A stretch of 64,000 nt of DNA from Escherichia phage Ec_Makalu_002. Below are positions 9,665 to 17,795 of the stretch, piece after piece; within the stretch, counting starts at the first letter, position 1; every line of letters starts with the position of its first letter. A model generated the notes under the pieces. It was not told the DNA's origin and ran no database searches. It saw only the letters and a list, made by a program, of their open reading frames with translations. The position numbers and the translations under genes are program-made. The DNA lies in sequence record MN709127.1, one strand, 5' to 3'.

Positions 9665-9973
9665 TTATTTCACGTTAACGCCGTCATCAATCCAGCCGAC
9701 GCTATTTGGTTTAACAGTTTTACCATAGGATGCATACTTAATCAAGCATGGTTTAACATCATTATCAAATCTTCCTAAGCGCACTCCCAAATCAGGAATA
9801 TCCATGTATGCGGCTTTATATCCCCATGTACAATATTCAGCATCAATCTCAACCGGACGGCCTTTAAAAGCATATACTACACCGTGACGGTCAACGATAA
9901 CATAGCGATAGCCAGCCGGAAGATACACAGTTTCGCCATAAACTTTAACTGGAGTAGCAGAAGAGATAAACAT
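9665..9973 (-). CDS. hypothetical protein
   Basis: 102 aa ORF preceded by the CATAATATAATCCTC RBS-type leader. Confidence 0.45.
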   Translation of the reverse strand: MFISSATPVKVYGETVYLPAGYRYVIVDRHGVVYAFKGRPVEIDAEYCTWGYKAAYMDIPDLGVRLGRFDNDVKPCLIKYASYGKTVKPNSVGWIDDGVNVK

Positions 9974-10044
9974 AATATAATCCTCACATCGTTCATTTGA
10001 TGCGGCTATTATAGGATAACCGCATTTTCATGTCAACTGTTTTT

Positions 10045-10419
10045 TTAAAAATCTTCTTCCGGTTTATATCGACAGTCGTCTTCTTTTTTTGGAGTAAATC
10101 CGGTATGCTTGCGCGGCTTCGCTTCCGGTTTACCCGCAATTGATAGACCAAACCATTTAAGAAGTTTGTATGAGTAAGCGATGACCACAACCACCCACGT
10201 TATAGGCCAGATGATTGCAGCAATACAAAATGCTCCTGTATCGACCTCTTTGGTGTCCTTGTCGAATCTGGCATACAAGCAGAATATAAGATACGAGATC
10301 ATTGCACCAGTAGGCCAAATATAAAGCACATTAACAATATCTTGTGTTGTCACATTATCCTCCTTACATGTCTTGCAGTGCGTAAAAGCATTTATCTTCA
10401 TAGTCATAGAAAATGTCAA
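10045..10419 (-). CDS. small membrane protein (probable GTG start near 10353 after AAGGAGGA)
   Basis: Two hydrophobic helices; the ORF-track 5' extension overlaps the upstream gene. Confidence 0.4.
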   Translation of the reverse strand: MTFSMTMKINAFTHCKTCKEDNVTTQDIVNVLYIWPTGAMISYLIFCLYARFDKDTKEVDTGAFCIAAIIWPITWVVVVIAYSYKLLKWFGLSIAGKPEAKPRKHTGFTPKKEDDCRYKPEEDF

Positions 10420-10642
10420 AGTATGCTTTTTCTACATACTCGCCATTGATCCAAGCGGCAGTAACAATCAGGGTAGTCCAGTTAGATCCGCTCTCCACCG
10501 TAAAGGTTTTAATACCCAGCTTAACAGCCAAGTCACGAGCAAACTGATCGCAACCACGGCAGGAAGTGATATTGGAAGTTTTGATTTTGATGCCACCGCG
10601 AGTTTTAGAAATTTCTACTTTAGCGAAAGACAGGTTGCTCAT
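10364..10642 (-). CDS. hypothetical protein
   Basis: 92 aa; promoter/leader cassette immediately upstream. Confidence 0.45.
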   Translation of the reverse strand: MSNLSFAKVEISKTRGGIKIKTSNITSCRGCDQFARDLAVKLGIKTFTVESGSNWTTLIVTAAWINGEYVEKAYFDIFYDYEDKCFYALQDM

Positions 10643-10649
10643 TTTGATT

Positions 10650-10715
10650 CTCCTTAAGAAAGTGTGTTTCGTTTTGATGTGTGTAGTATAGGGGATCGGC
10701 GATCCCCTGTCAACA
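10650..10715 (-). promoter_or_regulatory. sigma70-like early promoter with GATC palindrome in spacer, plus conserved leader
   Basis: Reverse complement: TTGACA-ggggatcgccgatcccct-ATACTA ... catcaaaacgaaacacac ... GGAGAATCAAA-ATG. Confidence 0.55.
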
Positions 10716-10729
10716 ACTTTTTTATGATT

Positions 10730-11050
10730 TTAGTGAATTAACTCTACACCAAAATGAGGCACAGAGAACGCATTACGAAACACATATTCACCATGTTTAG
10801 GAATCGCCCCTAACCGCTCTATTTCGCTCGCCATCACGATAAACTGTTTATCTGGTGCATATGCCTTGTGTGCTTCAACAACGCACGGAAAACGCGTTTT
10901 AGAGAGTTCTGGATAGTTTTCTGAATCCAGAAGGACAATGAATACCCTGTTACATTGATTGTAGAATCCTGTTTTTGATTTCATCAAGTTTTCTTCTATG
11001 TTCAAGTCGTGCAATCTTCTTTTCATGATTTCGTTGGTTCTTGTCTTCAC
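10730..11050 (-). CDS. hypothetical protein, tandem paralog (true start probably MKSKTG)
   Basis: VFIVLLDSENYPE resembles MYLLLNDSGYTF of the upstream ORF. Confidence 0.4.
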   Translation of the reverse strand: MKTRTNEIMKRRLHDLNIEENLMKSKTGFYNQCNRVFIVLLDSENYPELSKTRFPCVVEAHKAYAPDKQFIVMASEIERLGAIPKHGEYVFRNAFSVPHFGVELIH

Positions 11051-11288
11051 AGTTTACCCACTCAACAAGATCTTTACCTAACTCAAAAGCCCATTCTCGG
11101 TCTTGCTTTACGTTTTGTAGGTATGGACTTTCCGACACTCGACGAAGTGATGTTGTCGTAACAAGAATGATCCCAGGAATGGTCGGATGCTCCTTACCAT
11201 ATACAATCGGACGGGAATCCCTTTCGACACCTTGTAAGAAGGTGTATCCTGAATCATTCAGCAACAAATACATTTTCGGTTCGTTCAT
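10950..11288 (-). CDS. hypothetical protein, tandem paralog
   Basis: 112 aa; overlaps the downstream paralog in a different frame. Confidence 0.4.
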   Translation of the reverse strand: MNEPKMYLLLNDSGYTFLQGVERDSRPIVYGKEHPTIPGIILVTTTSLRRVSESPYLQNVKQDREWAFELGKDLVEWVNCEDKNQRNHEKKIARLEHRRKLDEIKNRILQSM

Positions 11289-11554
11289 TACAGCTTCCTC
11301 AACCAGTTATTAAAGCGAGCAAACAATGATGCTTTTCGTGCTTCTTCTTCGGCTTTGCACGCACGCAAACCACTGAAACACCATTCATAATCATCACTGA
11401 AACATGATTCAACAGGAACACCCGCATTTCGTAGTTCTCTGGTCGTTATCATAAATCCTTGACATAATGGGCGACCTTCAACAATGATAGGAAGTTTAAC
11501 TTTTTTCATGAAAGTATACCCAGCACGGTCAATAATTTCAATTTTAATTTTCAT
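11288..11554 (-). CDS. hypothetical protein
   Basis: 88 aa ORF. Confidence 0.4.
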   Translation of the reverse strand: MKIKIEIIDRAGYTFMKKVKLPIIVEGRPLCQGFMITTRELRNAGVPVESCFSDDYEWCFSGLRACKAEEEARKASLFARFNNWLRKL

Positions 11555-11799
11555 TTTACGTTATCTCCATAGATCTTTCCATCAATATCAATTTCACCAG
11601 CGCGAACATCTAGGATAAGATGCGGTAGGTGTATGTAGTTTTCCCACCCTACGCGCTTCATTTCTTCTACGGTAACGTAAGCCCACCCGTTCGCTGTAAT
11701 AAAGTCTACTTCAACCTTGAGAGGAAAGCAAGACTTTTCTATGTCTTCGAATCCGACAATATGTTTTGTTGTTGAATATGGAATATATCCGGTGATCAT
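11551..11799 (-). CDS. hypothetical protein
   Basis: 82 aa ORF. Confidence 0.4.
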   Translation of the reverse strand: MITGYIPYSTTKHIVGFEDIEKSCFPLKVEVDFITANGWAYVTVEEMKRVGWENYIHLPHLILDVRAGEIDIDGKIYGDNVK

Positions 11800-12230
11800 T
11801 TTGTGATCTCCTTATACTCAACACACCATAAGCGGGTAGCCCATGATAAACGCTCATAACGCTGGCAGAAATCGGACCATAGATATTGTGCACCGTTCGG
11901 CATAGTTGAAATATGCGTTTTCTCTCCAACTTTCACGAAAGAAGTGTTCGATTTTGTGATCTCGACCGGAGTATATCCGAAAGCGGGTTCCAAGCCAACA
12001 TCTGAACTAAATGCCAATTTAACAGAATTTGTTTTTCTAACCGCTGTCCGGTTTCCTTCTGGGTATAGCACAGCAGGTTTAGCGCCTAAGCGGATAAACT
12101 CACTATTTTTAATAAACAGAATATCATGATAACCGTCATATTCCGACACTTCCATAGTAACAGGAAAATCGACATGTTCTAAACCTGGTAGATCTCGCAT
12201 ATCATAAAATGTAGCAATCAACTTTTTCAT
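11796..12230 (-). CDS. hypothetical protein, paralog of 12241-12486
   Basis: C-terminal VEITKSNTSFVKVGEKTHISTM...YLWSDFCQRYERLSWA matches the neighbouring 81 aa ORF. Confidence 0.5.
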   Translation of the reverse strand: MKKLIATFYDMRDLPGLEHVDFPVTMEVSEYDGYHDILFIKNSEFIRLGAKPAVLYPEGNRTAVRKTNSVKLAFSSDVGLEPAFGYTPVEITKSNTSFVKVGEKTHISTMPNGAQYLWSDFCQRYERLSWATRLWCVEYKEITK

Positions 12231-12240
12231 CTTGTATTCC

Positions 12241-12486
12241 TCACTCTTCTGTAATTACTTCATATTCAATTTTCCACACATCAATCGCCCAGCTTAAAAG
12301 CTCATACGATTTACAGAAAGATGACCAAATATACTGTTTTCCGTGCATCGTTGTTATGTGTGTATGCTCGCCAACTTCAACGAAAGACATATTTGACTTT
12401 GTGATAACTATAGGAATACGACCGAAAGGAGGCGGTATTACTGATTCGTTGGTCTTCATTCTATATTCCTCACTCTTCTGTTTCAT
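12241..12486 (-). CDS. hypothetical protein, short paralog of 11796-12230
   Basis: VITKSNMSFVEVGEHTHITTMHGKQYIWSSFCKSYELLSWA. Confidence 0.45.
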   Translation of the reverse strand: MKQKSEEYRMKTNESVIPPPFGRIPIVITKSNMSFVEVGEHTHITTMHGKQYIWSSFCKSYELLSWAIDVWKIEYEVITEE

Positions 12487-12706
12487 TTCTTTTATATGGT
12501 ACTATAACAGGATTAAGACAGCAAGCACCAATTACGTTATGAGCACCACAATTTAAGCATTTATAATCATGGAACTTGTTAAGGAATCGACCGAACTCAT
12601 AACCGACTAACGCCGCGTGCACTTGAGTCTCGATCTCATCCATATCAGCCAATGTTTTAACCTTCATAATATAATCCTCAAATGGTAGTTTTGCGAAGAT
12701 GGTCAT
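12470..12706 (-). CDS. hypothetical Cys-rich small protein
   Basis: 78 aa; CLNCGAHNVIGACC. Confidence 0.4.
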   Translation of the reverse strand: MTIFAKLPFEDYIMKVKTLADMDEIETQVHAALVGYEFGRFLNKFHDYKCLNCGAHNVIGACCLNPVIVPYKRNETEE

Positions 12707-12968
12707 TACATGCTTTTAATGCATCAGTCGCTGTGTCATAACGAGTATTATCATAGCACCAGTAACCATCTATCAACTGATAAATTAATCCATCCTTTTT
12801 AGCTTCGATGAAAGACAATTCTTTGAAAGTTTCTACTTTCTTTGCTGATAATCCACGATCACGGCGCTTATAGAGTTTAGCTAAAATGCGTTCAGCTTGT
12901 TCCTCTTTATCACCAGACAGATCCCAAATAATGTTGCGGATATGTTTGATTAATTGTTCAGTGGTCAT
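12678..12968 (-). CDS. hypothetical protein
   Basis: 96 aa ORF with promoter/leader cassette upstream (12960-13030). Confidence 0.4.
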   Translation of the reverse strand: MTTEQLIKHIRNIIWDLSGDKEEQAERILAKLYKRRDRGLSAKKVETFKELSFIEAKKDGLIYQLIDGYWCYDNTRYDTATDALKACNDHLRKTTI

Positions 12969-13069
12969 CTTTGATTCTCCTTAGTTGGTATGTGTGCATT
13001 ATAGCACTATGATTTTCATTGTCAACAACTAAAAACAAAAAAGGCTACCCCGAAGGATAGCCCATAAAA

Positions 13070-13849
13070 TTACACGCGAGCACCATAGATCGTGCCTACT
13101 TTATCCCAGCGAGGGGCATTGCCAGTAACAGCCTTACCAGCCGCCCCGCCATTATATTCCGATCCCTGTCCACGGATATTACATTTACCACCAGCACCAC
13201 CAGCATCACCACCGTTACCGCCATTATATACACCGTTGACAGACCCTTTACCTGGCGCGGAAATAGTACCAGCAGTAGCACCCCGTTCCATATTAGCAGA
13301 CCCGCCAGCAGCACCAAACGGACGACCACCGCCACCACCAAAGGTTAATTTCATTTGTGACATAGGAGACCAGTATCCGCCGCCACCGCCGCCACCGCCA
13401 CCGCAAATAGCGCCGTTATTTGTGATGCGTAAGCGTGTGCCTATACCGTTGTTAATTGCATTACCACCAGCACCACCAGCGGAGTTATTGCCACCATTAC
13501 CACCACGCCCCCAAACATGAACACCGGGGTTAATGATCAATGTTACATATTCGTTTGTTAACGAGCTAGGGAAGTCAAGACAAGGAACGCCAGTAGAATG
13601 GGAAACAATATTACCTGTGATAGTAATTACTACCGGAGTAGATCCTTGTGCTTTCATCCAGTTAATAAGAGTGTCTTTATTGTAAGAGTTACTAGCACCA
13701 ATGCTATAATGAATCTCTTTAGAGCGTCCGACCATCGCTGACATATACGCCGGACGGCCTAAGCGTACAGCTTGCATTGCGGCGCTCATCCACCGTTGAC
13801 CTGTTTCTGATACGGCAGATGAACCGACCCACCCAGAAGATATTGCCAT
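13070..13849 (-). CDS. glycine-rich protein (poly-Gly and GGxGG repeats in C-terminal two thirds)
   Basis: 259 aa; N-terminal ~110 aa of ordinary composition, then runs such as GGGGGGGGGYW and GGNGGDAGGAGG; terminator-like hairpin downstream (13030-13066). Confidence 0.55.
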   Translation of the reverse strand: MAISSGWVGSSAVSETGQRWMSAAMQAVRLGRPAYMSAMVGRSKEIHYSIGASNSYNKDTLINWMKAQGSTPVVITITGNIVSHSTGVPCLDFPSSLTNEYVTLIINPGVHVWGRGGNGGNNSAGGAGGNAINNGIGTRLRITNNGAICGGGGGGGGGYWSPMSQMKLTFGGGGGRPFGAAGGSANMERGATAGTISAPGKGSVNGVYNGGNGGDAGGAGGKCNIRGQGSEYNGGAAGKAVTGNAPRWDKVGTIYGARV

Positions 13850-13906
13850 AAAATTTCCTCACAAGAAAAGCCCCAATTAAGGGGCATTGTTGATTGATAA
13901 TATTAC

Positions 13907-14128
13907 TTAGATGATCTCAGCTTCACCATTCAGGAAGAAAGACCAAGTTTTGTTTGGGTAACGACGCGCCCATGATTCGGCGGTTTTAACACCAGCTTCG
14001 AACAATTGACGGCTGGTTACTTTAGCCATACCATCTTCGATGGCAACGTTTTCAATAATCATCGGGTACTTAGCGCCACGCATGAAACCGAAGCCAGCGG
14101 AAGATTTGATAATTTTAACAGTTGCCAT
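13907..14128 (-). CDS. hypothetical protein
   Basis: 73 aa; promoter/leader cassette upstream (14130-14210). Confidence 0.4.
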   Translation of the reverse strand: MATVKIIKSSAGFGFMRGAKYPMIIENVAIEDGMAKVTSRQLFEAGVKTAESWARRYPNKTWSFFLNGEAEII

Positions 14129-14217
14129 TTTTGATTCTCCTAGAAAGTGTATCTCGTTTCGATGGGTGTATTATGCAATAACACCGGATCGCTGTCAACA
14201 CTTTCTAAGAAAATTTT

Positions 14218-14502
14218 TTAAATTAATCGAAGATAGCCCAGAATTTCAGCACCTTTAGCCAGACCTAAAACTTCCCAATCAAGGTCGCCGTAGTCATAAT
14301 TTGCAACCATCAGTTCACCATTTTTCATGCAGCAATCATGAGAGAAAATTTGCCCTGCATAAACTACGATAGTAATAAACTTTCCTGATTCTGGCGGTGT
14401 GGAAGACAAAGCGACCATATGACCATTCAGCTTAGTCACCAGTGACGGAACAATAAAATTCGGGCTTACCTGAATGCCGTTAAATTCGTTTGTGTCTTTC
14501 AT
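14218..14502 (-). CDS. hypothetical protein
   Basis: 94 aa ORF. Confidence 0.4.
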   Translation of the reverse strand: MKDTNEFNGIQVSPNFIVPSLVTKLNGHMVALSSTPPESGKFITIVVYAGQIFSHDCCMKNGELMVANYDYGDLDWEVLGLAKGAEILGYLRLI

Positions 14503-14849
14503 GCCATACCCCTTAAAACACTAATAGCATAATCATGCTGGTTATTCATAATATCAATTGCATTGTGATAACGAGCTAAACCATCAAGGATAAATTCTTG
14601 TTTATCTTGTTTCAGCTTAGTATCACGCGCAGCCATAAGAGCATCGAGAACAGGTCCAAAGTGATTGTCCAATTCATCTTCGGTTGCAATGTTTCCTATT
14701 GCCTCGTCGATCCGTGATTCTAATGCTTGCTTTTCGTTGATCACTTGCTGGGTATATTCCAGAACATCAAGAATATCGCGGGTAACGTCGCCATGATAAG
14801 GTATTCCCGCATGAAGATGATCAATTAATCGCTGAATATCAATGTTCAA
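14499..14849 (-). CDS. hypothetical protein
   Basis: 116 aa ORF, start overlaps upstream stop. Confidence 0.45.
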   Translation of the reverse strand: MNIDIQRLIDHLHAGIPYHGDVTRDILDVLEYTQQVINEKQALESRIDEAIGNIATEDELDNHFGPVLDALMAARDTKLKQDKQEFILDGLARYHNAIDIMNNQHDYAISVLRGMA

Positions 14850-15184
14850 TTGTAGCCCTCCTCTGAAAGTACATCCCAGATAATCGGATCAAGGTGCATT
14901 AAATTCCACATAATAGAGTCATAACTACCGGAGCCATGAGTAAAAATTACATCACACTGGCGATAGGTCTTATGAAAATCGGTTGCACTCTTTGCATGAA
15001 TAGGCATATCGTCACCAGAAAGCACCAGACATTTAAGAATCATGATTCTGTTAGCGGATGGCGCGCCTTTAGTTGCTTCGGCGTATCTTTCGATGATCCG
15101 TTTCGCCTTTTCTTCGGTGATACGTCCAGACCAAATCCGGTTTCGGTATTGATTCATAATAATTTCAATCACATCATTTTGCAT
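14846..15184 (-). CDS. hypothetical protein
   Basis: 112 aa ORF. Confidence 0.45.
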   Translation of the reverse strand: MQNDVIEIIMNQYRNRIWSGRITEEKAKRIIERYAEATKGAPSANRIMILKCLVLSGDDMPIHAKSATDFHKTYRQCDVIFTHGSGSYDSIMWNLMHLDPIIWDVLSEEGYN

Positions 15185-15383
15185 TCTTTACAGTCTCCAT
15201 AATTGTTTTGTAAGCCAGTTTAAGATGATCACCGAAAAACTTTGCGGTGTTACCTTTCGGATCGCGAAGCATGGTTTCTACGATCTCATCGGCAGTAACA
15301 ATTTCTCCTTTCTTTGCTGCATGTTCTACCATATACTTCAAAGTTTCTTCGGAAGCAAGTGCTGCGGCTACTGGATTAATCAT
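15174..15383 (-). CDS. hypothetical protein
   Basis: 69 aa ORF with promoter/leader cassette upstream. Confidence 0.4.
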   Translation of the reverse strand: MINPVAAALASEETLKYMVEHAAKKGEIVTADEIVETMLRDPKGNTAKFFGDHLKLAYKTIMETVKNAK

Positions 15384-15445
15384 TTTGATTCTCCTTTGTT
15401 GTCGATGTGTGCATTATGCTATACTATATTCCGGTTGTCAACACC

Positions 15446-15478
15446 TAAAAACGAAAAAGCCACCCTTTCGGATGGCTT
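15446..15478 (-). terminator. rho-independent terminator
   Basis: Hairpin agccatcc-gaaa-gggtggct followed by UUUUUCGUUUUU on the minus-strand transcript. Confidence 0.6.
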
Positions 15479-15711
15479 TTGATTATATTTTATTCACGTC
15501 CATTTGTATAGTAGTGTTTGAATCGACCTTTGCTAAACTAGTTAAACATAGTAACCAATTCACCATCCCTTTCCAATGATAACCCTTCCTCGTCTTAGAC
15601 GGGTCTTCCGATTCGGCAGTAATTGAACACGCGAAAGTATGAGGAAGCCAAATAGTTGTGTTAATGCTAGTATTCTTTTACTTCTGGTATGCATCCACCC
15701 TGTGACTAACA

Positions 15712-16209
15712 TTAAGCTAGTCGAGTGAGTTTATAAATTGTTTTAAAGCATAGAATTTTGATATCGTCTAAAACGCTCTGTAACGAGCTATCAACATCAT
15801 TATAAATCTCACTAGCCATTTGCGTTAACTCTTGCAAATAGGCAATTTCGCTAATCTCCTTGCGGACGACCAACGTTGGCTGATAACGACCAGTGATCCC
15901 AATATTGGTTTCAGTGAAATTATCAACCAATTCTTGCATTTCAAGATAGAACTCTTCTAGAGCCTTATGTTTTGCATAAGATCCAGGACCAGTTACCCCA
16001 AAATGCGCAGAATGCATATAAGTAACACTCATCAGACATTCACCGATAAAGCGGTCAACTTTATTAGCTTTCCCATCTTCGGACGTCTTTCGAAAATCAC
16101 TGAATTTCATGTTCTCGATTCTCCACATTATGCAGCATAACAAATTGGTTTGCGGCATATTCCCCCATAATAAAACACTGCTTAGAATCCATACATTTAC
16201 TACGAGCAT
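15712..16209 (-). CDS. hypothetical protein (probable true start MKFSDF near 16110); position matches T4 rI.-1
   Basis: ORF-track N-terminus overlaps the upstream gene; internal Met preceded by GAGAATCGAGAAC. Confidence 0.45.
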   Translation of the reverse strand: MLVVNVWILSSVLLWGNMPQTNLLCCIMWRIENMKFSDFRKTSEDGKANKVDRFIGECLMSVTYMHSAHFGVTGPGSYAKHKALEEFYLEMQELVDNFTETNIGITGRYQPTLVVRKEISEIAYLQELTQMASEIYNDVDSSLQSVLDDIKILCFKTIYKLTRLA

Positions 16210-16399
16210 ACATCTTCATAATATGGGCATGAAACTTCTGGCTGGTTTCAATGGAAGGTGATATTTTGTTTACATATACTATCATTGCACCGTCGAAATA
16301 ATCAGTAAAGTCACCAGTTGGATCATATTGATCAGCACTGACACTTCCGACCGCAGTCAAGCATATTGCCGCTGTTAGAGTTTTACGAATAAATGACAT
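16097..16399 (-). CDS. rI: secreted small protein, RI (lysis-inhibition antiholin)-like
   Basis: N-terminal signal/anchor MSFIRKTLTAAICLTAVGSVSA; Cys pair in periplasmic domain; sits directly downstream of tk as rI does in T4. Confidence 0.4.
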   Translation of the reverse strand: MSFIRKTLTAAICLTAVGSVSADQYDPTGDFTDYFDGAMIVYVNKISPSIETSQKFHAHIMKMYARSKCMDSKQCFIMGEYAANQFVMLHNVENREHEIQ

Positions 16400-16467
16400 A
16401 AGTCATTCCCCCAGATTTAAAATATTCAGTTATATTTATAATCTGGGGCTTTATTTATGATTAACTC

Positions 16468-17064
16468 TTAGTTGGTAGTGCCATCAATAAAATGTTTACG
16501 GCACACAGAGACATATTTATCCTCTGCACCAACTTCTATTTGAGCACCATCGCGAATAACATTACCCTCTTTATCTACACGAAGGACCATTGTTGCTTTC
16601 TTGCCACAATGACAAATACCCTTCATTTCGACCAGTTTATCAGCAAATGCCATCAATGCAGCAGATCCTTCAAATAGATTGCCCTGAAAGTCAGTGCGAA
16701 GACCATAACACAGGACAGGGATATTTGCATCATCAACAAGCGCACACAAGCCTAAAACATGCTCTTTAGTCATAAATTGGGCTTCGTCTACAAAAACTGC
16801 ATCTGGACGCCATCGATCCGGTCTACGCTTACCTAACGATTCACGATAAACCAAGTCGAAAAGATCATCCGATTCAGTGAAGGTGATCGCTGGAGCACTT
16901 AGGCCAATTCGGGAAACAACTTCACTTTCTGAATCTCGATTATCAATCGCTGGCTTAAGAATTAATACTCGCATATCACGTTCGGTATAGTTATAAGCAC
17001 TTTGTAACAGGGAAGTTGATTTGCCAGCGTTCATAGATGCATAGTAGAAATATAATTGCGCCAT
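16468..17064 (-). CDS. tk: thymidine kinase
   Basis: 198 aa; P-loop SMNAGKST; zinc-ribbon cysteines CHCGKKA...C near C-terminus. Confidence 0.9.
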   Translation of the reverse strand: MAQLYFYYASMNAGKSTSLLQSAYNYTERDMRVLILKPAIDNRDSESEVVSRIGLSAPAITFTESDDLFDLVYRESLGKRRPDRWRPDAVFVDEAQFMTKEHVLGLCALVDDANIPVLCYGLRTDFQGNLFEGSAALMAFADKLVEMKGICHCGKKATMVLRVDKEGNVIRDGAQIEVGAEDKYVSVCRKHFIDGTTN

Positions 17065-17357
17065 TAATTAATCTCCAAAAATCCAGCAAGACCTAAGCCG
17101 ATATAAGTCCAAATACAAAGTAAAAAGAAGCAAACACCCATAACAAAGATAAATCCGCGTAGTGTCTTTGGATAACCTACCCAATATTCCCGACCATCTT
17201 CTAACCGGATCAGCTTATTTCCTTGAGAGTCCATATCAATTACAACATGTTTATTTCTGGATTGTAAAAGATATTGCTTGACAATCTCAATACCCGCCAT
17301 AATAACAATAACGAAATTGAAAGTCCACATAACAAGGTTAATGATAGTCTCAAACAT
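17064..17357 (-). CDS. membrane protein (two or more TM helices)
   Basis: 97 aa; hydrophobic N- and C-terminal segments. Confidence 0.45.
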   Translation of the reverse strand: MFETIINLVMWTFNFVIVIMAGIEIVKQYLLQSRNKHVVIDMDSQGNKLIRLEDGREYWVGYPKTLRGFIFVMGVCFFLLCIWTYIGLGLAGFLEIN

Positions 17358-17592
17358 TTTCTATCACCTCCACCCAATCCGGTGTTTCTTGAAACACTCC
17401 TTCGCCTTCATGGTGAATACATCCTTTGTTGCTGCAATACATCCACCAATCCCACATTCCCCACGGTAAACGCTGCATATCGTCGTTACAGCAAGTGAAG
17501 ATGATAGGCCAACCACATCTAACACATCGGCAGTTTTCCTTCATGTGAGCGGTATTAGGCTTCTTCATAGATGACTCCAATATAATCGACAT
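17350..17592 (-). CDS. Cys-rich small protein (zinc-finger-like)
   Basis: 80 aa; CRCVRCGW...CCND...CSNKGC. Confidence 0.4.
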   Translation of the reverse strand: MSIILESSMKKPNTAHMKENCRCVRCGWPIIFTCCNDDMQRLPWGMWDWWMYCSNKGCIHHEGEGVFQETPDWVEVIENV

Positions 17593-17795
17593 TTACATGT
17601 AGGGCAATGCGGTTCTTTAATATAATACCCGTCTGTCTTTGGAACACTAACAGGAGCGGTTTTTATATTGTATTCAGTGAAACAACGAAAACAAGTTACG
17701 TTTTCTACAGACTGACGTTTAACCCAATCGCCGGAATATAGATCATTTTTATTTGCCATATTCAACCACCACAATATTGATATCTGGAGTAGCAA
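17565..17795 (-). CDS. Cys-rich small protein (zinc-ribbon-like)
   Basis: 76 aa; CFRC...CPTCKC. Confidence 0.4.
   Translation of the reverse strand: MLLQISILWWLNMANKNDLYSGDWVKRQSVENVTCFRCFTEYNIKTAPVSVPKTDGYYIKEPHCPTCKCRLYWSHL

Noticed and set aside
13092-13520. Proline-rich 142 aa plus-strand ORF
   Set aside because: It is the antisense mirror of the Gly-rich minus-strand gene (GGN codons read as NCC Pro); it lacks RBS and promoter context and runs against the transcription direction of the whole region.
15712-16110. Dps/ferritin-like assignment for the ORF at 15712-16209
   Set aside because: Only a short HSAHFGVTGPGSY...EEFY stretch resembles the Dps helix A/B region and the protein is too short for a complete four-helix ferritin fold; left as hypothetical (rI.-1 position).
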